From assembly GCA_038496445.1 (NCBI GenBank), contig JALMLS010000478.1, positions 89,506 through 153,505 on the forward strand: DNA of 64,000 nt. The letters run 5' to 3'. Below are positions 35,195-48,638 of this stretch, one piece after another. Source of the stretch: Trichosphaerium sp. ATCC 40318 (taxonomy: Eukaryota; Protista; Tubulinea). A program made the translations under genes and the position numbers. Under the pieces are notes generated by a model. It was given only the letters and a program-made list of their open reading frames with translations, was not told the DNA's origin and searched no databases. Positions within the stretch are counted from its first letter, which is position 1. Each line of letters begins with the position of its first letter.

Positions 35195-36500
35195 TTTCTA
35201 AACAAACTAGATACTCCCCGTAACTAGAACTATAATTAAACTATGCAATTTTTGAATTCGACGCACGTGATGGCTTGAGGAAGACAGTTTTAAAAAAATG
35301 TTTTCCGAATCTAGTGTGATCTGTTCTCATTGTTTGTTACAACCAATGACGACAACACCACTATCAATATAGTATATCAATATCAGATCCAAAGGTCCTC
35401 GTAAATCCTTTTAAAAGCGAAGTGAAGTTTTGCAGTATTTACACTAACAAAACTTGTACACTAACGTTAGATTTATTTTATCAGTGGCCTTGTACACGTT
35501 CAGGCCAAAATGAAAGGTGTACTTTGGATTTTTATCGGTCCAGCTGTCAAAAACCGATTCTCCTTAACACCTACATACAACATACCTTTAAGACGCTTAT
35601 ACAGTTTCTCTCAAGCTAAAAGAGCCATAAAACAATGCACTCAAAATGATCAAACAGCGTTGATGATGTATGATTTTTCAGTGGCCTATCTTTGTACAAG
35701 TTTTATATGTGCTTTACAATACATTTAAAGTATTTTAACATTGTATTTTTCATTTGCGTTGCTTTTCTTGAAAAACCGATTCTAAACCGTTAACACCTGA
35801 CATACCAGTATTGTAAATTTTAGTATTCAGTGTTTTCAGGCAAGTGCGGCTGTACTATCTATTTGACTAGTCCTGCTACTGGCTTAAGATATTGTACTAG
35901 CCTCTGTATATGTCAGTGTGCTTTTCACAAGTACCATACCAGCCTAAAAGCAAATTAATGAAGAAAAAAAAAAAACCACAATACCAATGCTTAGCTACTG
36001 GCCTTTTCATGGTTAACGTCAATCTGTATTCTTTAGATTTCAAGCTGGTTCAGACAAGGGTGTTAAGCACTTAGTTGGTGCTTCAAGAGCGTTGCACCAT
36101 CATGGAGCTGCGCCAGATAGCGGCAAGATCGTTCATAGCTTCATCGTTCAGACTAAGTACGATTCCACAGAAAACGAGTAAATAACAAACAAGCAAACAA
36201 AATAACCACCCTGTTTGCTTTACTGCACTTTTCACTACCTGTTACTATGCGAACCATCATGATTTTTCTGTAACACCCAAACGGCACGTGGTGATTACAA
36301 TAATTTCGAAGAACCAGACAATCTATCACCACGACTGAACCACCTTAAATTATTGTATTCAAGGGCAGATAGACTGTAATATCGGTAGACCTCTTTTAGG
36401 CGGTCCTTGTAATTCTTCCCTGTGTAAATAATTACATTAACATTCGTTCCTAAACATCAATTACACGGTACCCAACGAAACAACATACACGGAGTTAACA

Positions 36501-37765
36501 ATGTCAAAACAACGCCTAGTAACCATAAATCAAAGGTACATTCAATAAAATTGTCTATTTTGTTGTTCTAATATCAAAAAAGAAGAGAACCAAGCATTCT
36601 AGAACTCCCTACAGAGATATTAGCTCTAATTTTGAAGCAAACAACAAAAGCAAGATTTGCGGCTTGTCAAACTTGTCATCATTTTGCATCAATCATTCAC
36701 GACATCATCGGATACGAAAGTGTTGTTATTTCGACCATCGCACAAGCAAAAGCACTCTTAAAACATTCCAGCACTCTTAAGCAAACAAAGATCACAATTG
36801 TTAGTTACTCCTCTGATATTGTCAAAGAATTTGCTGGTGTTCATACGATAAACCTTTTTGACTGTGAAGTCACAGATGACAGTATTAGAGTACTATCCGG
36901 TGTTCACAATATCACCCTTTCTGGGCATGATTGTATTACAGACAAGGGTTTAAAGGCACTTTCAGGAGTTCATACAATTGCTCTTAGCTGTTGCTACAGT
37001 ATTACAGATGAAGGAATCAAGGCACTTGCTGGTGTTCATACAATAGACCTGTTTGAATGTAATGTTACAGATGATGGTATTAAAGCACTGGCAGGAGTTC
37101 ATACTATTGATCTTGGATGCTGTAAAGGTATAACAGATGAAGGCATAAAGGCACTTGCTGGTGTTCATACTATCCATCTTCCAGAAAACATCACAGATGA
37201 TGGTATCAAAGTGCTATCAGGTGTTCATACAATAACTCTTTGTGGTTGCTACATTACAGACAAAGGCATCCAATCACTTTCAGATGTTCATACCATCAAC
37301 CTTGACGTTTGTAGCAATATTACAGATGTAGGAATAGCAGCACTTTCCGGTGTTCACACAATCAGCATTGAGACTTGTATCAATATCACAGACAAAGGAA
37401 TATCAGCGCTTTCCAGCATTCATACAATCAAACTCAGTGACTGTAGTAACATTACAGACGTAGGGCTCAAAGCACTTTCTGGAGTTCATACTATTACTCT
37501 TGATGCTTGTTATAGAATTACAGATGAAGGCGTCAAAGCACTTTCAGGTGTTCACAACATTGCTATAGAATGGTGTAGAGGCATTACAGATGAAGGACTC
37601 AAAGCACTTTCAGGTGTCCATACCATAACTCTTTCCCACTGTACTTGTATTACAGATGAAGGTGTCAAAGCGCTTTCAAGTGTACATGCTATTCATGTTA
37701 GGCGGTGTGTAGGTGTTACATATGAAGCTGTTAACAAGTTGGGTACTCATACAACATATGAATGA
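36501..37765 (+). CDS. F-box/leucine-rich-repeat protein, copy 1 (14 repeats of ~22 aa)
   Basis: Short exon 1 (MSKQRLVTINQR), intron GTACAT..AAG, ILELPTEILALIL F-box, repeats LSGVHTIxLxxCxxITDEGIKA. Confidence 0.88.
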
Positions 37766-38248
37766 ATATTAGTTTATCACTAATCAATGTGGCTACATTT
37801 AGACTGTTTTCGTGTTTACACTACTTTTGCAAATCGGTCATTAAACAATCAAGCAAGGGTGGCAACACTGTGAAAAACCCAGGCAACAACCATTGTCTCG
37901 GAAAACTTATTCATGCAAGGGCTGTATAAAGTGGACAAATCCCTTCTGACAAGCTGCTGTTTTTTGATATTGACTGAGATACCTGTAGAGGCTATCGTTC
38001 ACGTTCTACCATCTATGCATTCTCTTGTCCATAAACAGAACCAAATGTTTCTAGATTATTGTTGTACCATAAATCCTTAAAAGTAAACTTTGTTGATTTT
38101 AATGAGAGTTTTGGAATTATCCGTCGTGCACCAAACTGACTTACACAAAAAAAAAAAAAATTACTATGAGTTCTATTTAAAGGGATATTACGTCATATAG
38201 GTTACTTAGTTTATTCAGGGACTTCAAGTGAGCTCTTACAAGTTTAAG

Positions 38249-40028
38249 TTACAATTTTGATTTACTGGTGAGATTCGCTCCTGATAGCCTATGTGATGTA
38301 AACCGATTCTTACTTTCAAGTGACATTGTTCGTGAAGGAACAAAACTAACTGCCTGAACAATTGATAATGCATTGAACAAACAAAACACTAGCACCCAGA
38401 ATACTAGTTTCCCTAGAGGATCATCTGTGACCACTGGCCAGGCTAACCATAGCACTGCGCCTGCTCCAATTAATGTCATAATGATTAACGTTGCTGTAAC
38501 ACGTGTGAACAGTCTTGAGATCATAGAATTTGCTTCTCCTAATGTTGACATAGCTCGAAGTCTTTTGAAGAGTTTATATGAGATAATGAAAAGGTACACC
38601 ATTGTAGCGGTGTTGATTATAGCATAGAATCCAGCGTTAATAATGTTGTAAACAAAATTGTTTGTCTTTCCAAACACTGCAAATTTTACTGCAGCAGAGC
38701 CAGTCACCCAAAAAACTATAAATCCACCAAGAACATAAAATAGTATTGCAAACTTACGAAGGTATGGTGTTGCTTCCAAGCTCAATGAAACCATTGATTC
38801 ATGCCAATAAAGTACAATAAGTAGGTTGGATACTACAGCAAAGCTAGCATGATACACACGGAAGATTTCAGCATACCTACATAACAATCAGTCTTACCAA
38901 CAAAAAACTTAAAAGTGTTACCATCCAGGTACGATGAATAAATAGCCGAAAGGATCAGGAATACACCAAAACAGTCGTAAGATATTGCTAAGTATCTCTA
39001 CACTCAGGGCTACTTTAGGGATTGATACACGGTATCCATCGATGATAATGAAATGAGCAAACCTACCGACAGCACATTAGCGCTTGACTTTAAAAATGTT
39101 GTGCCTCGTGACTACTACAGCCAACGTAGCTAAAGTCGTTACTACTAAAAACACGTGTGCAGCTAAAACGAAGTAAGAGTCACCATTGGGAGTTGGATTC
39201 AATAGTACCAATAGCCCAAGGACTTGAATAAAGATTGTACCACTCATTTTCTCCATACTTAAAAGTCACTGTCGTATTTTCTTTTATCGTGTCAAACCCT
39301 CTTTGTCCAAATATAGGAACTCCTAATCCTTTTAAAGAATCTAACAAACTGTTAACACATGATTCGTAGTATTGGTGAAACAAAGGAAAAGAGCTTGCAC
39401 AGCACAAGTTCTCGGTTTTGTTTCGGTCACTGGAAATACAATTGTTATCGATAACTCTACCTAAGCTATACCGAAAACGAGCGATAAGAGATTTTAATCT
39501 AGCTACCAAAAAGGCCAAAATCACTTTTTTTAGGCTTTCGAGAAATTCCTTTTTTTTTTTTTCGTGATTTTTTCGGAAAATCGGGTTTTAGTACCTACCT
39601 CCATACATTTTTATGTAGTTTGCATTGCCTAGACGAATATCGCTTGTTGTATCATACATTTCTACAATCCCAACAATACCTTGTGATACCCAGCGCCTGT
39701 ATGATCGTCTTCCTTCCGGAAAAACAGCCAAAATAGCTTTTCCTACCAACAGGTTATAAAGTAGTTTTTAGGCAACTGTTTTTACCTGTTAGATTAACGT
39801 TATCACGTGGAATAATAATTGAAGCGTTAAAATCATCAAATGCTATTTTAGATCCATATCCAAAGAAATACGGTACTGCCTTGTATGTTTTTGAAGTGCC
39901 TTTAAGATTATAAGTCCATCATACTCAGATTTGTATTTAGAATGTTCATTACCATTAACAGACAAGATTAACTCAGCGTTAAGTACCACTGAAGTAACAA
40001 CAACAATAAGTAATAACTGTTGAAGCAT
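38249..40028 (-). CDS. Signal peptide + ectodomain + multi-pass (7TM-like) membrane protein
   Basis: Signal peptide MLQQLLLIVVVTSVVLNA, several exons, multiple hydrophobic helices, motifs NILRLFWCIPDPFG and LYWHE. One-base frameshift near 39845. Confidence 0.65.
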
Positions 40029-41892
40029 CTTTGATGCAAACAGACGAGGTTTGAATTGAATACGTTTGAAAATACTCCTTCATTGTTCGCTACGGATACA
40101 ATCAGTTCTGGTGATGCTCAAGCAAGTCATCTGAAGCTACGGGTTCAGACTTTAATGTACTCCGGCGTTGGTCCGGCGGAGTATCAAGTATAAAAAGATC
40201 GGTACTTTTTTATGGCCTAAAACTGTTCATTACTTGACACGTGTTCAGCAAACCAGGTCCCATCTAGATTTTTTATAAACGTTTGCTGGGGATTCTATAG
40301 GATCCAGATTGTTTCCAGCTTGTTGTATGATGTACCGCACCCAGCAACTCGTCCACAGAAAAATGTCCTGTTTTTCATTTCTACCTTTGAAGTATCCACT
40401 GTTGTGTTTAACCAATACGGTTCTGAGACAGGTACCGAGTGGCTTATTAAGTATATTTTCCAGGCAACAAGTTGCATTTTAACTACCAACATAAATGCAA
40501 CAATAACAAGATACAGAACTATACTGGAAACTAATAGCCACGTGCGACATTTTTTGTCTTCAGAAACCTAATACAACAAGTTGTACCATGATAAACCAGT
40601 AAGGAGAACAATGACGCGATGCTTGAATGGCCGACCGACGGTCCACCTGTAACGTGAAACACGTGGTATTGCAATTTTTCCCAAAACTTACTTTCGATTT
40701 TCCAAACAACTACACTACTTCTAACCCCAATATAATGCTTGCACGCTCGCAGTTGTACCAGATAATACATTTCTACCGCGTAATAAGCCATAACGAAAAC
40801 TAATTTTGAAAACGGCCATTTAACCCCAAACCCGTAGTAGCACCCCTCTACGTTATTGCCGAGACCTGAATGCTTGCTTCTACTAGACGAGCGCTACGTA
40901 AACGTGAGAGTCAGGACCATCAAATTAACACTACACCAACTAGTACAGGTATTTAACTGTCAATTCGTATTTGCGCAGACGTTTGTCAAAAAAAAGTCAA
41001 CAATTTCGGCACACTAATTATCCTTTATTATGCCATAGGAACTATTTAGAAAGCGCCCCTGGCTACCTTTTTTTTTTTTGTTCACAATATCTTTTTCTGT
41101 GGTTTCGTATACAGCGAGTATAGCCAGAATACCAAAATATCCATAGCCAGAAAAACGTACCGCACGTGACTTAGTTATAAACCTGAATTGTAGTTAAAGG
41201 TCACTGTCGTTTGGCGTGATATTCGTTTTACAACGTCAAAAACGTTGTCTTCTGAATGCAGTTTTTATTTCCCCTTTTATTTCGGCACAGCACGTCCGTG
41301 TCAATACAGCAAAGAACTAGCGTTGTAAAATCACATATCTTTTTTTGGGCAAACTTGCGATGTGGCTAGCGATTATCTACTAGTTGTCGCATTCCAACTT
41401 TTGAGGGGTCTAATGGTGCTGCTAATATTTGTTTTGATACAGCGTATCAGTATGATGTGAAATATGACACGAGCGTGCACCAAAACATTTCCATTCTAAA
41501 ATACTTCACGTTGGCACGTGCCTGCATGTCCTTTTTGTTTTTATTCGCAAATTTGAATGAATGCTGCTGCGCTAACATAACTAGCGGCATCACATGCGGA
41601 GATACAATACCAAAAAACCATTCTCCTACTACAAAGTAGAGGTACAGCAAACAACCAGCGAAGTTATTTCGTCCAGATGCGCATTATCAGTGGTACTTTC
41701 GACTTTGTAGTATGATTGTGAACTGAGCTCTTTGTACGTACATATCGCTATCTAACGTTCTTGTCTACATGTATAAGGCGCCGTTTCAAAAAAAGGGAAC
41801 GAGTTGGTAGAATTTCCCAGGGTGCCCTGGAAAGGTTCACACTTGATACTAATAAAGTTGGTCATTTACTATTATCTGACCCGGCGATAACC

Positions 41893-44768
41893 ATGCTTCG
41901 CGTTCAGCAGTGCCTACTATGCATTGCGTTCTTAGCATATGCTGTATCAGCTTCTTCCAACCCTAGTCTCTTGCGTATCCATGCTAAAGATTTCATTCTT
42001 GGAACTCATAGCAACAAACGTTCAGTAGAAGAAGGGTACGTATTTCAGTCTTCCTTGGGCGTAGCTCTCCTTTTGTGGTAAACTCTGGCGTACCAATTTC
42101 TAATTTAAATTAGTATTGTCTTCAACGTGTATGGTGTTCGTCACCACGATGAAAATGAGCCAGATATACAGTTTGTTTTGACGAAACATATGTCAAATCC
42201 CCGCGGTATTGTGAATCTTAGTTTTCGCTCAGCTTACTCGTTTCTAGTTTACGTTGACGGAAAAGAAGCCACTGATCTCGGTCCTCCTGCTACGGTGTAT
42301 ACAGGCCACGTTTCGAATGACCAAACAAGTATAGTGGTATGGTTTTTTTTGGATAAAATTTGCCACTTCATTTAACAATTGCTTTTCATGTATTAATGTT
42401 TTTTGCCAGGTGGTCACTGTTGACGCTGGAACCCTTTTTAAGGGCATGGTGCATTGGTCTAACGGAGAACATCACCATGTTCAATTTACAGATACTCTTG
42501 AATTGAGAGAGCTACAAGGAAATGTTCACGATGAAGTCGTTGACCACTCTTGCACTACCGATCATCATTCTGATATCCCTGTACCTGATTTGACTCGTTT
42601 TCATCCTATTGGAAAGCGTGCTGTAGAGAGGAACGGGTTGTCAAGAACCAACGGAAAGAGATATTCCCTGACAGGCGCATTTGAATCTGATAGTAGATTC
42701 AGAAACCAATTTAGAAGCAACAATGAAGCACGTAATTACCTGAGTACCATTATTGGTGTGGTACGTGAGAAACAATTAACAACATGTTGAGTTTTTTCAC
42801 CTCTTATTTTAATATCATAAAACGCGCACGTGTCGGAAGGTTTCTTTTTTAATTTCTATTTTTAGGTATCTGCTATGTATAACCGAGATTTCTTTACAAA
42901 AATTAATGTTGTTCGACTTGGTATAAATTCTTTTGGCGCAGGAAGTGCTTCGGCTATGAAAGGATATATGGAACGTACCTTCCCAAATTTCAGGTTCAAT
43001 TTTGGAGTTGCACTCAGAGGTGGAAGAGCGGGTGGATATGCTCAAAGCGTTGGTAAGCATTCTCTACTTGAAAATGAGACTTCTTATTTGATTAGGTGGC
43101 CTATGTTCTCAATTCAAGTACTGCGAAGCTGGTATTTCTGGTACTTACGGTACAAACGAGTTTGACGCGATTCATGATCCATACATTATCGCACACGAAG
43201 TATGATATTTTTGTATATTGAATATGTAGTTTTTATGCTGTTTATTCTAATACCTGCCAGATTGGTCATTTGTTAGGAGCTCAGCATACTCATAACGCTG
43301 GACAGTTTTCTCCTGTCATAGATAATTGCGGAAACTACGGTCCTGTACCTCAAGATAGAGGTGCGTCTAATCATGTGAGTACATCTAGGTGAACGTTTAT
43401 TTCTAGGTGTTTGTATGAGTTACTGTGTACTTGGCGCAGGACCTCTCAACAGGCCACCTTGTTGGTCCTACTGCCAACTTGCATTAGTTATGGGAGCAGT
43501 AGGAAAACATGGCTTCCGGTATGTTGTTGTTTGTTTAATCGTTGTGTCCTAAATACAACATAGGAGTGAACGTGTAAATCAAGTTATTCGAGCGCATATT
43601 GAAGATTCCGAGTCTTGTACTAACTTGGCGTTTACAGCTGGTGCAGTAAGTTGTCGATACTTCTGTTTAAGTGTTAACACAACACCATTCTAGGAATCTC
43701 CTCCGACTCCGCCTCCAACCGTCGCTCCAACTGAAGCACCTACCGCAAATTCAACAGGAATGCCTCCTACTGATGCACCTACCCCAGTACGAATTGTTTA
43801 GCTAATAGCATGTCAATTGACAGAATCTTTAGGTGCCTCCACATGTTCTTTTTGATCAACGCCAAACTTGCTTGAACAATAGCTTCCCTGCACAATACTT
43901 TGTTGACTTTAATGGTGGTGGCGACGCCGCTGATGATTTTGTAGTTCCAAATGGTACGTCGCCAAATCACGTGACATACAATAACTAACTGAGAGTAGAT
44001 ATTAAATGGAGAATCAAAATTGTTACAATCGAAGGTCGCTTTGAGCCTCAAGACTCAAATGTTGATATTGATAGTGCCTCTGTGCTTATATACAAAGACA
44101 ACGGAGGTACAGAACAGAAAAAACTCCCTTAGCATACCCTAATATTAGCTGACATTTCAACTTTCAGGTAAACCTGGAACAGTAGTTTGTAAAGAAGAGA
44201 ATGCACAAATTCTTTCCCCTGATACTGATGATGTAATGTCTCTTTTCTTGCCTGAAGATGATTGTGTTCTAAACCCAGGCACGTGATACTTCAACAAATG
44301 AAACCCACTGAAAAAAAAACAGTTTTTTCTATTGGTTCTTATACTATTTTTAGGACGCTATTGGGTTCATGTTCTTCCTTTTGTAGCGTATGGAAACGAA
44401 GGTAACCAATTCTTTTGGAGAGAGAGCTCTACTTCAAATGGATTCAACTTCCAATGGCAAGACACTCAAAACATATTTTTGGAAAAGAAAAATACTTGCA
44501 ATTCATGGACAGATGGAGACAACTGCTACGACGCACCTGGAGCTGATTTATGCTTTTCTCTCTTTGGTAAACATATCACCCCGTTCCTTTATTTTTCTTA
44601 TGTTTTGTTTCAGGCGTAACCTCCGAAGATACGGCATTAAGAGGTCAAAATTCTCCTGCAGTGTCTCTTGGTACAAATACTAGTTTTTAGATACTGTAAA
44701 CTTACTTCATCTTTGTAGCTAACCTTGGTCTTGTGTTCTTCTTTGGGTTGCTACTTGCGTTCTTCTAA
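41893..44768 (+). CDS. Secreted/GPI-like metzincin metalloprotease (reprolysin/M12B-like) with Pro/Thr linker and C-terminal beta-rich domain
   Basis: Signal peptide, prodomain ending KR, AHE|IGHLLGAQH zinc motif split by an intron, Met-turn CMSYC, PT linker, AADDFVVP..PGRYWV domain, hydrophobic C-terminus. Phase problem near 43787. Confidence 0.85.
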
Positions 44769-45533
44769 AAAAGAAAGCTTATAATCCAGCAGTCTTTATA
44801 GCCTTATAGTACAAAAAACCCCTTTTGTAGCGTCAGAAATAAACCGTAATTAGCTGTTTTGTTAGTCATTAGTTTATCTACCCTTGTTCGCAATGCAAAC
44901 TTTATTGTTTTTACATGTTGTACACATTTTCCTCGATTGCGAAAAGGGCAGTAAAGTGCCGTGGTACCATTTTGTCATAGGCATGTGTTTACAGCTATTA
45001 AAATAGCGTTACTGTCATAAAACGTCACGGGTCGTTTCATCTGTAGAGTAATCAATTCAATAAAGTTATGCTTCCAGCAAAAGTGGTATACATCAAAGAA
45101 GTGATAACCAAAGAAGATCACCACGACAAGAAAAGATAGAACAGAACAAAACTCTTGAAACAGTAGTATCATTAGCAACAAAACACCTCTTGGCTTATTC
45201 AACAGCATTTGTTTACTTAGTGACAACGTCAATCGACTTCTATGGGAGTCAGATTGAGTACATATTTGTTTGTATCTTTTTTTTTAAAGTGAACTCCATG
45301 TGATTGTTATTTGTTAACTGCCTAAAATTCTAGAAGTGTCTGGTGACACGAATGCTTGGCTTTGCCTCGAACGCTGGTATTTGTACTAACACACGGGTAA
45401 TTGTACTATAACAAGTGGCATATGGGTCGTCCATTATACCAACGTGTAATTACAAAAAAATACGAAAAGAGAAAAGTCAACAAGTTTAGTTTCAGTTTTT
45501 TTTTCAACGGTTTAGCATTGCGCACCTAAAAAG

Positions 45534-48047
45534 ATGCATATTTTGCTCTCGCTGTGTTTACTGGCTTGGCTAGGTACCATTACTGCGGCTCCACCTAACA
45601 TTGTTTTCATGTACGTACTACAAAAATGACACGTGATATGAACTTTCTGAAGTTAATTTGATAGGCTCACTGATGATTTGGGATTTAACGCTCCAGGGTA
45701 CGTTAACGTTTTGCGCTTTTTGTAAACGCTGTAAACTAAAACTATTACAGATATAGAAATCCAGATCTAATAACACCAACGCTCGACAGTTTGGCAGCAG
45801 ATGGTACGTTTCACACGTGATTTGGGTCAACAAAAATTTTGTATTTGAAAAGTAGTTCCACTTTTCCCACGACTTTTGTTTTACCACTTCGTCAACACTA
45901 AATATCATTTGACGTTCTCCAGGTCTTAAATTGGATTTTCATTATACGTACAAGTTCTGTTCACCCACACGTGGATCGTTCTTGACGGGAAGGCTTCCTT
46001 ACCATCTTGCTGGAACACGCACCAATTTTATACCTTGGGACTTACCTGATGGTACGAATACACTATTAATGTCTGCCTTTAACCCTCTAGGTATCAATTT
46101 GGCGTATACGATGTTACCTAAGAAGCTTAAGAAAGCTGGTTACACGTCACATCACGTTGGAAAATGGCATCAAGTACGACTAGTCATTTGGATATTGTTT
46201 GATTAACAATTTTATGTATAGGGCTTTTACACTCCAGATTATACACCAATGGGAAGAGGGTTTGACACATCATTTGGATTTTATGAGGGAGGTGAAGATC
46301 ACTTTACTCAGGTATGCGCACAAGGTGGAGTTAAATTTGATTGGTTTTTTTCAAGGAAACAGTGAGAGTGCATAACGAATGCCAAGCTCTTGATCTATCG
46401 CAAAACGATGCTCCTGCATATGGTAAAAATGGCACCTACAATGGATATGCTTTTACACAGGTACTAAAGAGTAAACTTGATAACACTGTTTCTCACAATC
46501 AACCCCAAAGCACGCAGTGGATTTGATTAAAAATCATGATAAAAATTCAGGTCCAATGTTTTTGTACTTTGCGTTACACAATACACATGCTCCTACAGAG
46601 GTTTGTATTCAAAATATACATTCTTTAGGATGTTGCTAAGTAGTTAACCAAGGCACCAGAGCGATTTACGAACATGTATCATTTTGAGCAAAAGCTGAGG
46701 AATGTGTTTAACGGAATGATTTCTGTTGTTGATGAATCAACTAAGAATGTTACACAAGTTCGTTTGGTTTTTTTTTTTTTTGTTGAAATACTTTTTTGGT
46801 GGTTACAGTGTTTAGGCGTTGAAAGAGAGTGGTATGTGGGAAAATACTTTGTTCATTTGGACAACAGATAATGGATCACCTGTTCCAATCGCTGGATCTA
46901 ACAAACCATTACGAGGTACACACAAAAAGTTGCAAACAAACAGCATGCTAATTGTTTCACAGGCTCAAAAGGAACGAACTTTGAAGGTCCGCTGATTCTT
47001 TCCTAGTATCTTAACCGTTTCTATCACGTTTAATAGGTGGTACTCGTGTCCCTGCATTCGTTAACGGAGGGATTTTACCAGCAAAGATGCGTACCAAACA
47101 TGTTAACGGTAAGCGATACTGGTTTTTTGTCAAGCAAGTTTCTTGAAGAAGTGTCTGTTAACACGTGTTAACACATCTTGTAATAATAAGTTTTTAGGCA
47201 CAATACATATTGCTGACTGGTATGCTACTTTTTGTGAGCTAGCAGATATCGATCCTGCAGATCCAGGTATGATTGAAATACACCAACAAAAAAAAATGGC
47301 AAACTGTTGAAGCTAAAAACAAAAATTAGGTACACCTACACCTGTTGAGAGTATAAGTATGTGGAAATACCTGAGGTGCTTGAAACTACTACAGTGTATT
47401 TAGTCTAATGTTTTTTCCTCCAAGTGGACAATCAGATGAGTCACCTCGAAAGAAATTTGTTTACGACCACCGAATGTATACCTCACCATACACTGGTATC
47501 AATAACTTTATTTTTTGGAAACCCAACTTAAATACAACCATAGGAGCTATCAGGAATGGTGACTATAAGCTTATTGTAGGCTCAGAGCCAGGTGCTTCAT
47601 GGTACGTTAACTTGTAACAAGGTTAAGTTCGTCTTTCTTTTTTTTTTCTTGGTTTTCTCGCCTTTCCTCCTTAAAAACTACTAAGTCAACTGCCATATAG
47701 GTTTGGTCAATTCTCTCCAAACACTACATACCATAAAGATATGTACGAAGTTAAGGCGTGCTCTGTTGATAAGCCTTGCTTATTCAATATTGCAAATGAT
47801 CCAACTGAACACTTTGATATTGCGGACCAAATGCCTGAAAAAGTATCTGAGATGATGAAAGAATTCACTGCTCTTGAAAAAGAATATCACCCACCTAAAT
47901 TGTACGACTTAACAAACACGTGATCTTTTGTATTTGTTGAGTTCTTATTTTTTTCTAAATAGGAATCCACCACGTGATACGAAAGGATACTGTGATGCTG
48001 TAATAACATACCATGATTTTACACAACCATGGCAGAAAGGGAAGTAA
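45534..48047 (+). CDS. Arylsulfatase (ARSB/I/J-like), intron-rich
   Basis: PPNIVFMLTDDLG, TPTLDSLA, CSPTRGSFLTGR (CxPxR), VGKWHQG, RGFD, TDNG, GSNKPLRGSKGTNFEGGTRVP, HIADWYAT, CLFNIANDPTE. Confidence 0.93.
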
Positions 48048-48638
48048 ACATAGGTATTAACGACTTAGTACCAAGAGGTTTCATAGAAGAATAAAATGTT
48101 ATTCACAATAGTTGTACTTTCGTCAATACTCTCTCAGGCTATCTGTTACAAGAATGAAATGGACTGGCGTTGAATGAGTACTTTAAGCGTTGTGCCATTC
48201 AGCAACTTATTTCGAAGTTCTGTCAGCTCAAACTGGTGGATGGAAGCCATCCAAGTGTACAATCCATTTTTCTTCTTCTTAGTGGCTATGTGCTTTAACA
48301 AGTTCACTTGTATGTCCCAAATCTGACCGTAATTTGGTTGAGTTATTTAGTTTGTTTTGGAACAGCATGACGCTCATGTTTGTAATTTAAAACTCAACAA
48401 CACCAAGTACTCACTCTTTTATGTACCTTTATTTCTTTTAAATGTTGAGCTGTTACAAAACGCTGATACTCAGTTAAGTGAATAAACACTTGTGCTTAAT
48501 AATAAAAATGTTTCAAGTACATCTGACGTTTGTATTTTCAGATAACACATATCAAGCAGTTTGGTAACAAACATGAGGCGTTTTATTGAACTTACAAATA
48601 CAACTTAGTCTTTTTTTTTTTGCTGTTCCTTTGTTGTG

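Noticed and set aside
35480-35810. Imperfect ~200-bp direct repeat
   Set aside because: Only short patches match, with no TIR or TSD; too weak to call.
36820-37740. CRISPR-like alternation of constant and variable DNA
   Set aside because: These are in-frame protein LRR repeats in a eukaryotic gene; the repeats are not exact and there are no cas genes.
40158-40215. Two short hairpins (TACTCCG..CGGAGTA) as a Helitron end or ncRNA
   Set aside because: No adjacent CTAG terminus and no recognisable RNA family.
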